This document shows positions 1-7,980 of a stretch of DNA of 25,596 nt, in pieces. Positions within the stretch are counted from its first letter, which is position 1. The number at the start of each line of letters is the position of its first letter. Source of the stretch: a virus (taxonomy: Duplodnaviria > Caudoviricetes); IMG/VR virus record IMGVR_UViG_3300046374_000007, positions 1 to 25,596 of that record. The stretch is one strand, 5' to 3'. The notes below the pieces were generated by a model that was not told the origin of the DNA, searched no databases, and was given only the letters and a program-made list of their open reading frames with translations. Position numbers and translations under genes: made by a program.

Positions 1-195
1 GACATATTCAAGGCGAACTTCGCGGTTTTCTTGATAATAGCGCGCTCGACGCTCTGAATTAGCCTCTTCGTTTTTACGCTTGTAACCACGCACCTTCTCA
101 GGATTCTCTGCCTGCCAATCGCGCACGCACGCCTTCACGCGTTCCTTGTTCGCGAGATAATAAGCTCGAGCGTATGCCTTTCGATCGAAGCTCAT
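1..195 (-). CDS. Partial ORF running off the window; N-terminus resembles phage HNH/endonuclease VII-type homing endonucleases
   Basis: Not in the ORF track. ATG at 195 overlaps the upstream stop and reads MSFDRKAYARAYYLANKERVKACVRDWQAENPEKVRGY...RYYQENRE, a basic/aromatic helical repeat often found before HNH domains. No catalytic domain is visible in the window. Confidence 0.5.
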   Translation of the reverse strand, partial: MSFDRKAYARAYYLANKERVKACVRDWQAENPEKVRGYKRKNEEANSERRARYYQENREVRLEYV

Positions 196-443
196 CCGAC
201 CCCCTCAAGCATCATGCCGACTCGACCAACCACGCCAGCGCATTCAGCTAGCCGCCAGAGAAACAACAAAATCAAAATCGCAACCACGCCGCCGATGACG
301 ATGGAAATGATGTTCCAGTAGGGCGTGCCGGTGATTCCCGCCCAGAAGTCTCCCAGCAAAGCGCGCAGCAGCGCCAGGATGACCAGCACGACGATGACGA
401 AAATCGCGACCTGGAAAATCGTTCCTATGCCAAAGCCGCACAT
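192..443 (-). CDS. Small two-TM membrane protein, holin candidate
   Basis: Two long hydrophobic stretches, AGGGAG SD, downstream of the endolysin. Confidence 0.55.
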   Translation of the reverse strand: MCGFGIGTIFQVAIFVIVVLVILALLRALLGDFWAGITGTPYWNIISIVIGGVVAILILLFLWRLAECAGVVGRVGMMLEGVG

Positions 444-463
444 TCAGGTTCTCCCTTGCGTGC

Positions 464-784
464 TCATGGTTGTTTTTCCGTCAAGATTGAAGGCGGATAA
501 ACATCGCCAACCTGATCGGGCGTCGGAGTGTAGGGGCGCGCTGGCGGAACGGAGAGCGCGCTGCGCTTCTCGGAAAGGCAGCGGTCAAGCACCTTGTCGA
601 CCAATGTGAAAGCATGGTCTTGCTGATTCCTGAGATAGAAGGCCGCGCCGCCAATGAAGGCGCAATTCAACAAAACCATCACCAGCAAAATCGGCGTGCT
701 CTTCAACGCGCCAACCGTCTCGCCGGCGAAGCCGATGACGCCTGGCGACTGAACAACAATCGGAGGATGCTGGGGATCTGACAT
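464..784 (-). CDS. Single-TM membrane protein in lysis cassette (holin/spanin-like candidate)
   Basis: Hydrophobic segment ILLVMVLLNCAFIGGAAFYL; starts 4 nt after the endolysin stop. Confidence 0.5.
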   Translation of the reverse strand: MSDPQHPPIVVQSPGVIGFAGETVGALKSTPILLVMVLLNCAFIGGAAFYLRNQQDHAFTLVDKVLDRCLSEKRSALSVPPARPYTPTPDQVGDVYPPSILTEKQP

Positions 785-787
785 GAA

Positions 788-1471
788 TCACGCCGCCTCC
801 GTTGACGGCTTGGGCATGTGCGGCCCCTTCGGCAGATTAGGCAGATTAGACAGCAGCAGCGGCTCGACCTGTTCCTCAGGGATCTGCTTTAGCGCCGCCT
901 TAAAATGCCAATAATACCCAGCGATTTGCTGCGCGCAGTCAGTGCCGTTAACGATCCGGCGCGCGTTGACCGGATCCTCGATCCCCTTCGATTTCGAGAG
1001 GTATTCCGGCAGTCCGACGCCGGTAAACCAGCCATAGACCATGCCGTCATAGGAGACGAGCGCCGAGATTTCCGCATCCAACGCATTCGATGCGACCGGA
1101 TAGATGCCGCAATCCTTGCCGTAGCGATCCTTGAGGTATTGCTCGCCCTTTTTGTAGTTATCTTCCCAGGTCAACTGGACAAAACCACGGCCGTAGTAGC
1201 ATTGGTTGTAGGGACCCGCCGGCTGGCCGTAGCTCTTGCCGGAACCGCGGCCGTATTCCTCGATCGGCTGCATCGTCTGCGCCGTCTCGTGGTAGAACGT
1301 GGCCAGCGCATAGGCGAGCCACATAGTGCCGTCGTTGGGGTTGTTCGCCTCGAAGCCCCACTCCCAGACCTCGAGAAGGTAATTTTGGCCATCGACCTGG
1401 GCTTGCGTCAGCGTGCCGTTGAACAGACTGGCGCGCACCGAGTCGAAGTAAAATTTGCGGTCGTAGGGCAT
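788..1471 (-). CDS. Endolysin, glycoside hydrolase family 19
   Basis: LAYALATFYHET, YYGRGFVQLTW.DNY and ARRIVNGTD motifs. Start moved to ATG 1471, which overlaps the upstream stop (TGATG). Confidence 0.9.
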   Translation of the reverse strand: MPYDRKFYFDSVRASLFNGTLTQAQVDGQNYLLEVWEWGFEANNPNDGTMWLAYALATFYHETAQTMQPIEEYGRGSGKSYGQPAGPYNQCYYGRGFVQLTWEDNYKKGEQYLKDRYGKDCGIYPVASNALDAEISALVSYDGMVYGWFTGVGLPEYLSKSKGIEDPVNARRIVNGTDCAQQIAGYYWHFKAALKQIPEEQVEPLLLSNLPNLPKGPHMPKPSTEAA

Positions 1472-1773
1472 CAGAGACGCCCTCTCCACACACGCCACGG
1501 AGCGGCCTCTGGCCCGTTCAGCCACGCCTTGAATCGATCCTCGTCGTTGATGATGCCGCGCGCGACGAGGTTCTCGTAGATGAATACCGGCAAGCGTGCG
1601 GCCAACTTGTTCGTCCCGTGCCGCATGGTTTCTCTGTCGCGGGCGATGCCGTCGAGAATCGGCTCGATGTCTTGTGCGGTTTTGACGGTGACCTGATTAG
1701 GGTCTTCGTCGTCCCAAAGCATGGTGCGGCGAATGCCGTCCGAGTCGCGATAGACGCGGCGACGCTCGCTCAT
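1471..1773 (-). CDS. Conserved small phage protein following the capsid gene
   Basis: MSERRRVY...QDIEPILD...FKAWLNGPEAAPWRVWRGRL resembles the ~100-aa protein after the capsid in marine/soil podoviruses; ATGA overlap with the upstream ORF. Confidence 0.7.
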   Translation of the reverse strand: MSERRRVYRDSDGIRRTMLWDDEDPNQVTVKTAQDIEPILDGIARDRETMRHGTNKLAARLPVFIYENLVARGIINDEDRFKAWLNGPEAAPWRVWRGRL

Positions 1774-1997
1774 CGCGGCGTGCCCCCTACGCCGGCGATC
1801 CAATACAGAGTCGCCGCGGCGGATTGAGAAATCCAAACCACGGTCGGCCCCGCGGGCGGCAACCGGCCATACCCGACGATCCAGCCCGAAGTGGCGCCGC
1901 CATGAGGCGACGCCCCATATGAAGCGATCCGAATCGCCGTAGCGCCGCCACGAGGCGAGCCGCCATATCCAGCAACCCAAACCGGCGTCGCAGCCAC
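1770..1997 (-). CDS. Small Gly-rich protein with 16-aa repeats, possible capsid decoration protein
   Basis: GTG at 1997 just after the capsid stop; repeats ATPVWVAGYGGSPRGG / ATAIRIASYGASPHGG / ATSGWIVGYGRLPPAG. Confidence 0.6.
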   Translation of the reverse strand: MAATPVWVAGYGGSPRGGATAIRIASYGASPHGGATSGWIVGYGRLPPAGPTVVWISQSAAATLYWIAGVGGTPR

Positions 1998-2011
1998 CGG
2001 AATCGCCCCGA

Positions 2012-2992
2012 TTAAGGCGTGATGCCGTTGAACAGGACGTGCGCGAGCGAGTTGCGCATTTCGACTCCCCACTCCACGACTATCATGCGACTTTCCGCGT
2101 CACCGACGCGCGCCATCAAATATTGGCGGAAGGCGCGGAAGAAGGCGACCGCCATATAGTCCGGATCGATCAGGAGTCCGATGTCTGTAGGCAGCCAACG
2201 CGACGGAATGCACTTCACGCGTCCAAAGTCCGTGGCGAGAACGTCGACGGTCGACACGACTTCCGTCTTGCCTACCAAGACTTGCGAAGTAGAACGCCCA
2301 ACGAACGTCGACACTGTGCGCTTTGGCCCTGGCGGAACTATCCACAATGTCGGGCTCGCCCCATTTGTATAGGCCTTCTGCATAGCATCGCCCAACATTT
2401 GTTCTGTTAATTGAACTGCAGTTGGGGGAGCGAACGCATCTGTGGCGAGGACCGGCAAGCCGGTGACGGCGGTGCCAGGCGCGACGGCGGCGCCGACAGT
2501 GTTGTTTTTGTCCTTGGCGCGGCCCAGCCAGTGCGCGATAGCTTCGGTCGTGCGCGGCGTCGGCGCGTTGACGCTGGTTTCATCCACTCGCGGCTGACGC
2601 GAGCACATGATCGACTCCATGTCGTTCTTTAAGACCTTGCTCGCCATCGCCATTTGGTGAGCCATCTCAGAACCTTTGCCGGCCGCATCGCTCTCTTCTT
2701 GCGATCCGGTGACAGTCGCGTCTCTTTCCGAGATTTGAACAACGTTATTTTGCCTGATAGTCGGTTGCGCCGGCTTGTTGACCAGAAGAAACCCTTCCTC
2801 GTAGGCGTTAGTTAGGTTGACTGTAGGAAGGAACTCTGTCTGCCAGTCAAAAAGCCGGTTCTTTACGTTACGCCTGCGAATAGCAGACATAACTGGAGTG
2901 TCGAACGGGTCGATATTGTAGATGGCGTTACTGAGATCTTCTCGGTTTCCTACTGCATTATAAGTAGCAAACGCGTTTGTTACTTTTGCCAT
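2012..2992 (-). CDS. Major capsid protein (SU10/DUF5309-like, HK97 fold)
   Basis: GNREDLSNAIYNIDPFDTP, DWQTE, NVVQI, EMAHQ..LKNDME and TDFG motifs; 326 aa, directly after the scaffold. Confidence 0.9.
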   Translation of the reverse strand: MAKVTNAFATYNAVGNREDLSNAIYNIDPFDTPVMSAIRRRNVKNRLFDWQTEFLPTVNLTNAYEEGFLLVNKPAQPTIRQNNVVQISERDATVTGSQEESDAAGKGSEMAHQMAMASKVLKNDMESIMCSRQPRVDETSVNAPTPRTTEAIAHWLGRAKDKNNTVGAAVAPGTAVTGLPVLATDAFAPPTAVQLTEQMLGDAMQKAYTNGASPTLWIVPPGPKRTVSTFVGRSTSQVLVGKTEVVSTVDVLATDFGRVKCIPSRWLPTDIGLLIDPDYMAVAFFRAFRQYLMARVGDAESRMIVVEWGVEMRNSLAHVLFNGITP

Positions 2993-3010
2993 GCTGGATC
3001 TCCACTGGAA

Positions 3011-4237
3011 TCATCTTAGAAGCCTCTGGAAGTAGTTTGTCGCGTCTTCCATCTTTCCGGTGCGGGCTAATTGCCGCTGGGCTTCATCGACGTTCCGGCG
3101 TCCAGCACTCCCGTTGAGGGGTCTAGCGGAGCCAGGTGCCAATGACTTGCCTGGACCGGGGAGGGCCGCTTGGGGTCTTACCGCCATCCCCTGGTCGTAG
3201 AGCCACGCCTTGAAGAGAACGTTCAGCATTCTCTTGTCGTAGACTCCCGCTACCTCGTGCTCTTGAAAACCCTCGGCCAATGCGGTCTTCCGCATTCCGC
3301 CGATGACTCTCCGCAACGAGGCCTCGTCTTTGATCACCTTCTGATGATCATCGACGAACTGTGAAAATTGGTCGACCGCGTATTTCGCGCTGGCGCGGTC
3401 GTGCTCTTCGCGCTGATTTTGCTGCGCCCAAGCCCGATAGCCGCGAATCTGATTGAGCTTGTTGAAGTATGCCTGAAACTGCTTCTGCTTCTGATGCGCG
3501 GCTTGCGGGTCGCGCGCGAACTCCGCGTCCCAATCCGGTTCCGCCGGAACCATCTGAGAGATGTCGTAGTCAAGCGCCGTCAACCCGTTGATGTAGAGAT
3601 CGCGCAACTGACCGACGCGCTGATTCTCTTGCTCGACCGCCGCCTTGTGCTCGTTGACCTTGTTCAGCCGCGAGTGGAACGTCGCGGTGCGGATATAGCC
3701 GTCGCGGAGCTCGCCAAGCGAGACAGTCTGCGGCGCTCCGTCAACGGTTATTTCGAATTGCGCGTTCTCGAGGTCGTCGTCACCCGCTTCATCGCCGGCG
3801 GCTTCGGCATCTTCGCCTTCCGGCTCATCATCGGCTCCTGTGTGTCCGTCGTCGGCGGCGGCATCACTGCGCTCCGAATCGGATTCGGATAGACGTCGTT
3901 CGCCACTCTCCCCTTCACCTTCGGCGGGCGCTTGTCGGGCGCGTGATTGAGCTTCGCGGTTCGCCCTCTCGTCAAACCTACCATCTGCAATCTCCCTTTC
4001 GCGCTGACGAAGGCGGGCATTGTCGCCGCCATCGCTCGTGTCGCCCGTCTCCGGATCGCCCTCGAGCATCCGAACTGAAAACAGCGGCTCTGGCCGCTCC
4101 GCAACCTGAGCGAATCGCCCCGCGTCGTCGCGAGCGCGAGTCGCCGGCTGACGCTGCGCCGGCTGTTCGTTGGCGGTCTGCGCAGGGTCAATCGCCTGTT
4201 GAAAGATCGCAGCCGCGCTGTCGACGCCTTCGGCCAT
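3011..4237 (-). CDS. Capsid scaffolding protein
   Basis: Acidic disordered N-half, ITVDG...VSLGELRDGYIRTATF motif, coiled coil, C-terminal LARTGKMEDA helix; lies between portal and capsid. Confidence 0.85.
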   Translation of the reverse strand: MAEGVDSAAAIFQQAIDPAQTANEQPAQRQPATRARDDAGRFAQVAERPEPLFSVRMLEGDPETGDTSDGGDNARLRQREREIADGRFDERANREAQSRARQAPAEGEGESGERRLSESDSERSDAAADDGHTGADDEPEGEDAEAAGDEAGDDDLENAQFEITVDGAPQTVSLGELRDGYIRTATFHSRLNKVNEHKAAVEQENQRVGQLRDLYINGLTALDYDISQMVPAEPDWDAEFARDPQAAHQKQKQFQAYFNKLNQIRGYRAWAQQNQREEHDRASAKYAVDQFSQFVDDHQKVIKDEASLRRVIGGMRKTALAEGFQEHEVAGVYDKRMLNVLFKAWLYDQGMAVRPQAALPGPGKSLAPGSARPLNGSAGRRNVDEAQRQLARTGKMEDATNYFQRLLR

Positions 4238-4238
4238 T

Positions 4239-4526
4239 TTACCTCTTGTTCTTCAACGCAACTTTGTAGTCGTTGACAAAGCCCTGCAGCGCGTTCGTCA
4301 CCTCGTCCAAAACCTGAAGCTTGGAAGTGAGATAGTCCTTCGTTTCTTGGTCCCTCGCGGCCATCAATTCCTGAAACCAACGGATCCGCACGCCACGCAC
4401 GCCGAGCATGAACACGCCTTTCGGATCGAGAAGCCCTTCGGCCTCCTCCTTGCGCAGTCGCTTGTCCGAGAGATCGTCAGCCTTCGGAACCGGCTCATTC
4501 GGATCGCGCTGCTCGTCATCGCTCAT
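4239..4526 (-). CDS. Small helical protein between portal and scaffold
   Basis: ATGA overlap with the portal stop; size and position typical of this head module. Confidence 0.75.
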   Translation of the reverse strand: MSDDEQRDPNEPVPKADDLSDKRLRKEEAEGLLDPKGVFMLGVRGVRIRWFQELMAARDQETKDYLTSKLQVLDEVTNALQGFVNDYKVALKNKR

Positions 4527-6952
4527 GTCCCGCTGCCCTGATCACTCGCAGCGGCGTCGGCCTGAGTCTGAGCCACAGCCTGGTCGCTCGCCGCCTGAAC
4601 ATGCGCCGTATGCACGTCGACCGCGCCGTCATGCGCCGTCTTGAACAGATCAGCCGCCATTGCGCCGAGCGTCTGAACATGCTGAGCGTGAATCTTGTCG
4701 CGCTCAACGTCGAGCTTTTGCTGGTCGTAGAGCGTCTTCTCGCGCAATTGCTGCAGCGCGAGCTCTTGATCCTGGGCCATTTGCTGTTTCTTGAGGTTCT
4801 GATTGCCGAGCGCTTCCGCCGCGTCGGCCTTGACCTTCATGTTCTGCGCCTGCGCCGCCAACGTCATCGCGTCGGGCTCCTTCGGCGCTGTCAACAGTTG
4901 CTGCATCTGTTGCGGATTCGGCATCTTGAAATATCGCTGAACATTTTTGATGTTGGCGATCGCCAGCATGTCGGTTTGCGTGTTCATCATCTCGGGCAAC
5001 CCGCAAATCGGATTGGAGATGCCCATTTGCGCTACGATCGTTTGCTGATCTGTCTTGATTTGCTGAAGTGTCATCAGCCTTACGGTGTCGCTACCTTTGC
5101 CGAGGGTTGGGTTGACTTCGACCCCCATCGAGGCGTCGAACGTCGAGGTGTCGTAATCGGTCCAACTGCCGTTGACCTTGAGAGTCCGTTGCTGTGCGGG
5201 ATTCTCCACGATCTCGTTGAACAGGCCGCTGAAGAGATCCTTGAAACCCGTCTCTGCCAAGACTCGCGCGACAAGCTCCGTGCGTTCCTGAGCCCCGTTT
5301 ATGATCGCCTCGACGCCGATCATGGTCGAAGACTGAAGGGCCTTCGGATCCAAGCCCTTTGCTGCATCCGACAACCCTGTACGCCGCTGGAGCACGTCGT
5401 TGAGAAGCTCAACGACTGGCGCCATGTCCTTGCCGAGGAATGGCGTCGCCGTGTACGAGATTGCGGCATTCGGATCACCACGCACCCGAATCACGGCGCC
5501 CAATTCGTCGTTCAAAGCGTCGTCGACGTTCACGCTCAGTTCGTTGATCGCCGTCTTGGGATTGATCGATTCCGCCGCTGAGTCGAGAATCGCCCGCGTT
5601 AGCGCCGTCTTGATCCTCTGAATGTCCATCACATAGTCAGCGATCGAGTCGCCAACGATCGTGTGCGAGATAGGATCGACGCTGAAAAGCGCGAATTTGA
5701 TTCGGTTCGCCGGATCGTCGCTGACGATCTCGTGATCCTCGCCCAGCGTGCAAATGCGGCGAAGCTCGGGAAATCCGTCGCCGTCCTTGTCGGCTTTGAC
5801 GTACCATTCCCCGAAGTTCACGCCGTCGCCAACCCGCGTCGACATTTGCCGGCCAGGATTGCGAAGCTGCGCCTCTTGCGTGAACTCAGGCGTCGACTGC
5901 GACTGAATGTGGTCGAGAAGATCTTCGCGCGCATAGCCCATCGCAATGAGCTCGTCGACCGGGACCACGCGCTCATGGCCGACGATGCGCGAGTCCCTGA
6001 AGCTCCTCGCATAGCGGTCGAGTCGCATCTCTTCCGGCGGCACACCCTCGACTCGGATCAGCGGTTTCTTGACCTCATAGGCGATCACCACATGATCGTA
6101 GATCGCCACTGGCGGCATCGCGCCAGGAGGCACTCCCCCCGGCAGGCCCTGCGGAAGAGCCATGCCAGGAGAAGGCCCGCCAGTGGGAGGGGCCGGCGGC
6201 GGCTGCATCGCGCCAGGAAGGCCGCCAACCGGCGGACCCATGCCGGGAACCCCGGGTTGCGGCGGCGGCTGCATCTGAGGCGGCGGCGGCGGCGCCGGAA
6301 CCGGCTGACCAATATCGACCAGCTTCGCGCTCGGGTCCTCAGTCAGAATTTGCTGGATCTGTTGCGCGGTGATGTAGGTGAACTCCTTGCGCCGAAACTC
6401 CTTGCGCGTGTCAGTCCACCATTTGAGAAATCCCGTGCGAACGGTGAGCGCGTCCTTGAAGGCGCCATAGAGTTTCAAGAACCCAGCATTGTCATTCCAG
6501 AACGTATAATTGACGTAGTTTGTCGCCTGGCTCGCCATGTCGGATTCGGCCGCGGTGCGCGGCACAAGCTCGATCGGAGACTCGCTGGCGCCGAATAACC
6601 GAATCAGGCTCGGCAACATCAGCATCACGGCGTCGCGCACATCGGTCGAAACATACTTCGAGCGGTTGACCGACTCTTGCGTCTGACCGGAAATCTGATC
6701 GTAAGTCGCGTTGGCGTCTTGAATGGTCGTTATGTCGGAATAGGGATTCTCGTCGCCGCTCAGGCTCGGCAAGAGCCCGTAATAATATTTCTGAGCATAG
6801 TCCCTGTCGCCGGCGAGCGTGTCACGCTCATAATCCCGAGCGTCGTCGATCAGCGCCTGAATGTAATGCTCGTAGCTCTCAGGATCGTTGGGATCATAGA
6901 CCCCAGTGTTCGTTCCGTCCGAACCCTTGAAGCTAGCAAACAGCCTTTCCAA
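4523..6952 (-). CDS. Portal protein
   Basis: YVSTDVRDAV..MLPSLIRLF, FKDAL...G..KWW, G.SIAD..MDIQ.IKT, RRTGLSDA..GLD motifs; TTG start. Confidence 0.9.
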   Translation of the reverse strand: MERLFASFKGSDGTNTGVYDPNDPESYEHYIQALIDDARDYERDTLAGDRDYAQKYYYGLLPSLSGDENPYSDITTIQDANATYDQISGQTQESVNRSKYVSTDVRDAVMLMLPSLIRLFGASESPIELVPRTAAESDMASQATNYVNYTFWNDNAGFLKLYGAFKDALTVRTGFLKWWTDTRKEFRRKEFTYITAQQIQQILTEDPSAKLVDIGQPVPAPPPPPQMQPPPQPGVPGMGPPVGGLPGAMQPPPAPPTGGPSPGMALPQGLPGGVPPGAMPPVAIYDHVVIAYEVKKPLIRVEGVPPEEMRLDRYARSFRDSRIVGHERVVPVDELIAMGYAREDLLDHIQSQSTPEFTQEAQLRNPGRQMSTRVGDGVNFGEWYVKADKDGDGFPELRRICTLGEDHEIVSDDPANRIKFALFSVDPISHTIVGDSIADYVMDIQRIKTALTRAILDSAAESINPKTAINELSVNVDDALNDELGAVIRVRGDPNAAISYTATPFLGKDMAPVVELLNDVLQRRTGLSDAAKGLDPKALQSSTMIGVEAIINGAQERTELVARVLAETGFKDLFSGLFNEIVENPAQQRTLKVNGSWTDYDTSTFDASMGVEVNPTLGKGSDTVRLMTLQQIKTDQQTIVAQMGISNPICGLPEMMNTQTDMLAIANIKNVQRYFKMPNPQQMQQLLTAPKEPDAMTLAAQAQNMKVKADAAEALGNQNLKKQQMAQDQELALQQLREKTLYDQQKLDVERDKIHAQHVQTLGAMAADLFKTAHDGAVDVHTAHVQAASDQAVAQTQADAAASDQGSGT

Positions 6953-7016
6953 CGCTCATCTCGCGAATTGTCGATCGAGCCCCTCGAGCGTTGTTGCGAT
7001 GGGCGACGATGTCTCA

Positions 7017-7065
7017 GCCAGGCGGGGTTATCGCAGAACTCGGCTCCTCAATAAACCCGCCTGGC
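7017..7065 (-). promoter_or_regulatory. Long RNA hairpin upstream of the portal gene
   Basis: GCCAGGCGGG pairs with CCCGCCTGGC, extended by TTAT/ATAA after one mismatch; no U-tract. Confidence 0.5.
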
Positions 7066-7072
7066 CCGAGCA

Positions 7073-7600
7073 TTATTGCGGCGCCGGTTCAGGCGGCGGC
7101 GACTCTCCCGATTCTTCCGAGTCAACCGTCTTCACTTTCACCCAGGTCGCGCCATAACCTTCGGCGTAGCCGATCACCCACACCGTCGACGCCGGCGGGA
7201 CCATCGGATTGCCAGGCATAGGAACATTGCCGCCGCCCCAAATACCAGGCGGCGGACCTCCTGGCGCAATCGGATGTGAGATTCCAGGTTGCTGGCCTGG
7301 CAGACCCTGATCAGGATGAGGCGGCGCCACTCCGCCCCAATAACCCGGCGGTTGACCACCCGGCGCAATCGGATGCGAAGGATAAGGCGGCGCAATCCCG
7401 CCCCAATAACCAGGCGGCTGACCGCCTGGAGCAATCGGATGAGTGGGAAACGGAGGCGCAATCCCGCCCCAATAGCCGGGAGGCGGTCCACCCGGCGCAA
7501 TCGGATGCGACGGATAGGGCGGCGCAATCCCGCCCCAATAACCAGGCGGCTGACCACCCTGGCCGCTATCGGCCGGAATAATCCAATACGTTTGTGGCAT
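7073..7600 (-). CDS. Pro/Gly-rich tandem-repeat protein
   Basis: Strong SD GGGAGGA; 22-aa repeats kept in frame with synonymous variation between units. Confidence 0.85.
   Translation of the reverse strand: MPQTYWIIPADSGQGGQPPGYWGGIAPPYPSHPIAPGGPPPGYWGGIAPPFPTHPIAPGGQPPGYWGGIAPPYPSHPIAPGGQPPGYWGGVAPPHPDQGLPGQQPGISHPIAPGGPPPGIWGGGNVPMPGNPMVPPASTVWVIGYAEGYGATWVKVKTVDSEESGESPPPEPAPQ
7232..7549 (-). repeat. 66-bp coding tandem repeat (3 full and 2 diverged units)
   Basis: GGCGCAATCCCGCCCCAATA occurs at 7389, 7455 and 7521; protein unit PPGYWGGIAPPYPSHPIAPGG[P/Q]. Confidence 0.9.
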
Positions 7601-7708
7601 GAGTTAATCCTCCCGCGGTTGACGCGATGAGGACTATCACTGGCTTTTCAGCGCGACCAGACCGTGACGCCCACTGTCAAATAATATCCGCCAGAAGCAT
7701 TAAAATCC

Positions 7709-7754
7709 TGTGGATAATCAGGGCCGAGCCATTTGCGGTGAGTCGGCTCGGCCC
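7709..7754 (-). promoter_or_regulatory. Perfect 10-bp inverted repeat next to a consensus DnaA box
   Basis: GGGCCGAGCC (7721-7730) / GGCTCGGCCC (7745-7754); TTATCCACA on the minus strand at 7717-7709. Confidence 0.4.
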
Positions 7755-7821
7755 TCGCGAGTCGAAGGGGAGTCCAACCCGCGATCAGAACGTAGGGAAG
7801 GCGATTCTCACGTTCCGACGG

Positions 7822-7980
7822 CTACGATCTCAGCACTTTCACGATTCCTACGACAATGTAAGCCGCGGCAGGAGCGAACAACGCAACCCACCCTTCAAAG
7901 CTCCATGTCAACCGCCACAGGGCGAGCGACAAGAACGTGATAAAAAGGCCGAGAATAAGCTCAAATACGCCGGCGCTCAG
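7822..7980 (-). CDS. Small two-TM membrane protein (start uncertain)
   Basis: LSAGVFELILGLFITFLSLALWRLTWSFEGWVALFAPAAAYIVVGIVKVLRS fills the gap after the PEP-CTERM gene; no ATG at the junction, only CTG at 7980. Confidence 0.45.
   Translation of the reverse strand: MSAGVFELILGLFITFLSLALWRLTWSFEGWVALFAPAAAYIVVGIVKVLRS

Noticed and set aside
1980-2072. Programmed frameshift extending the capsid protein into the next ORF
   Set aside because: The -1 frame is open but has no X XXY YYZ slippery site; the +1 frame after CCT TAA gives implausible protein; the downstream ORF has its own GTG start.
4601-6598. Long plus-strand ORFs 4601-5581 and 5663-6598 (also 905-1579, 8989-9870, 9986-10615)
   Set aside because: Antisense shadows of well-supported minus-strand genes in GC-rich DNA, with no recognisable motifs.
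7014-7073. 19-aa minus-strand ORF MLGPGGFIEEPSSAITPPG
   Set aside because: Lies wholly within the hairpin and is better explained by RNA structure; no independent support.
7232-7549. 66-bp periodic repeat as a CRISPR array
   Set aside because: The would-be spacers are themselves homologous, the period is a multiple of 3, variation is mostly synonymous, and no cas genes are present.
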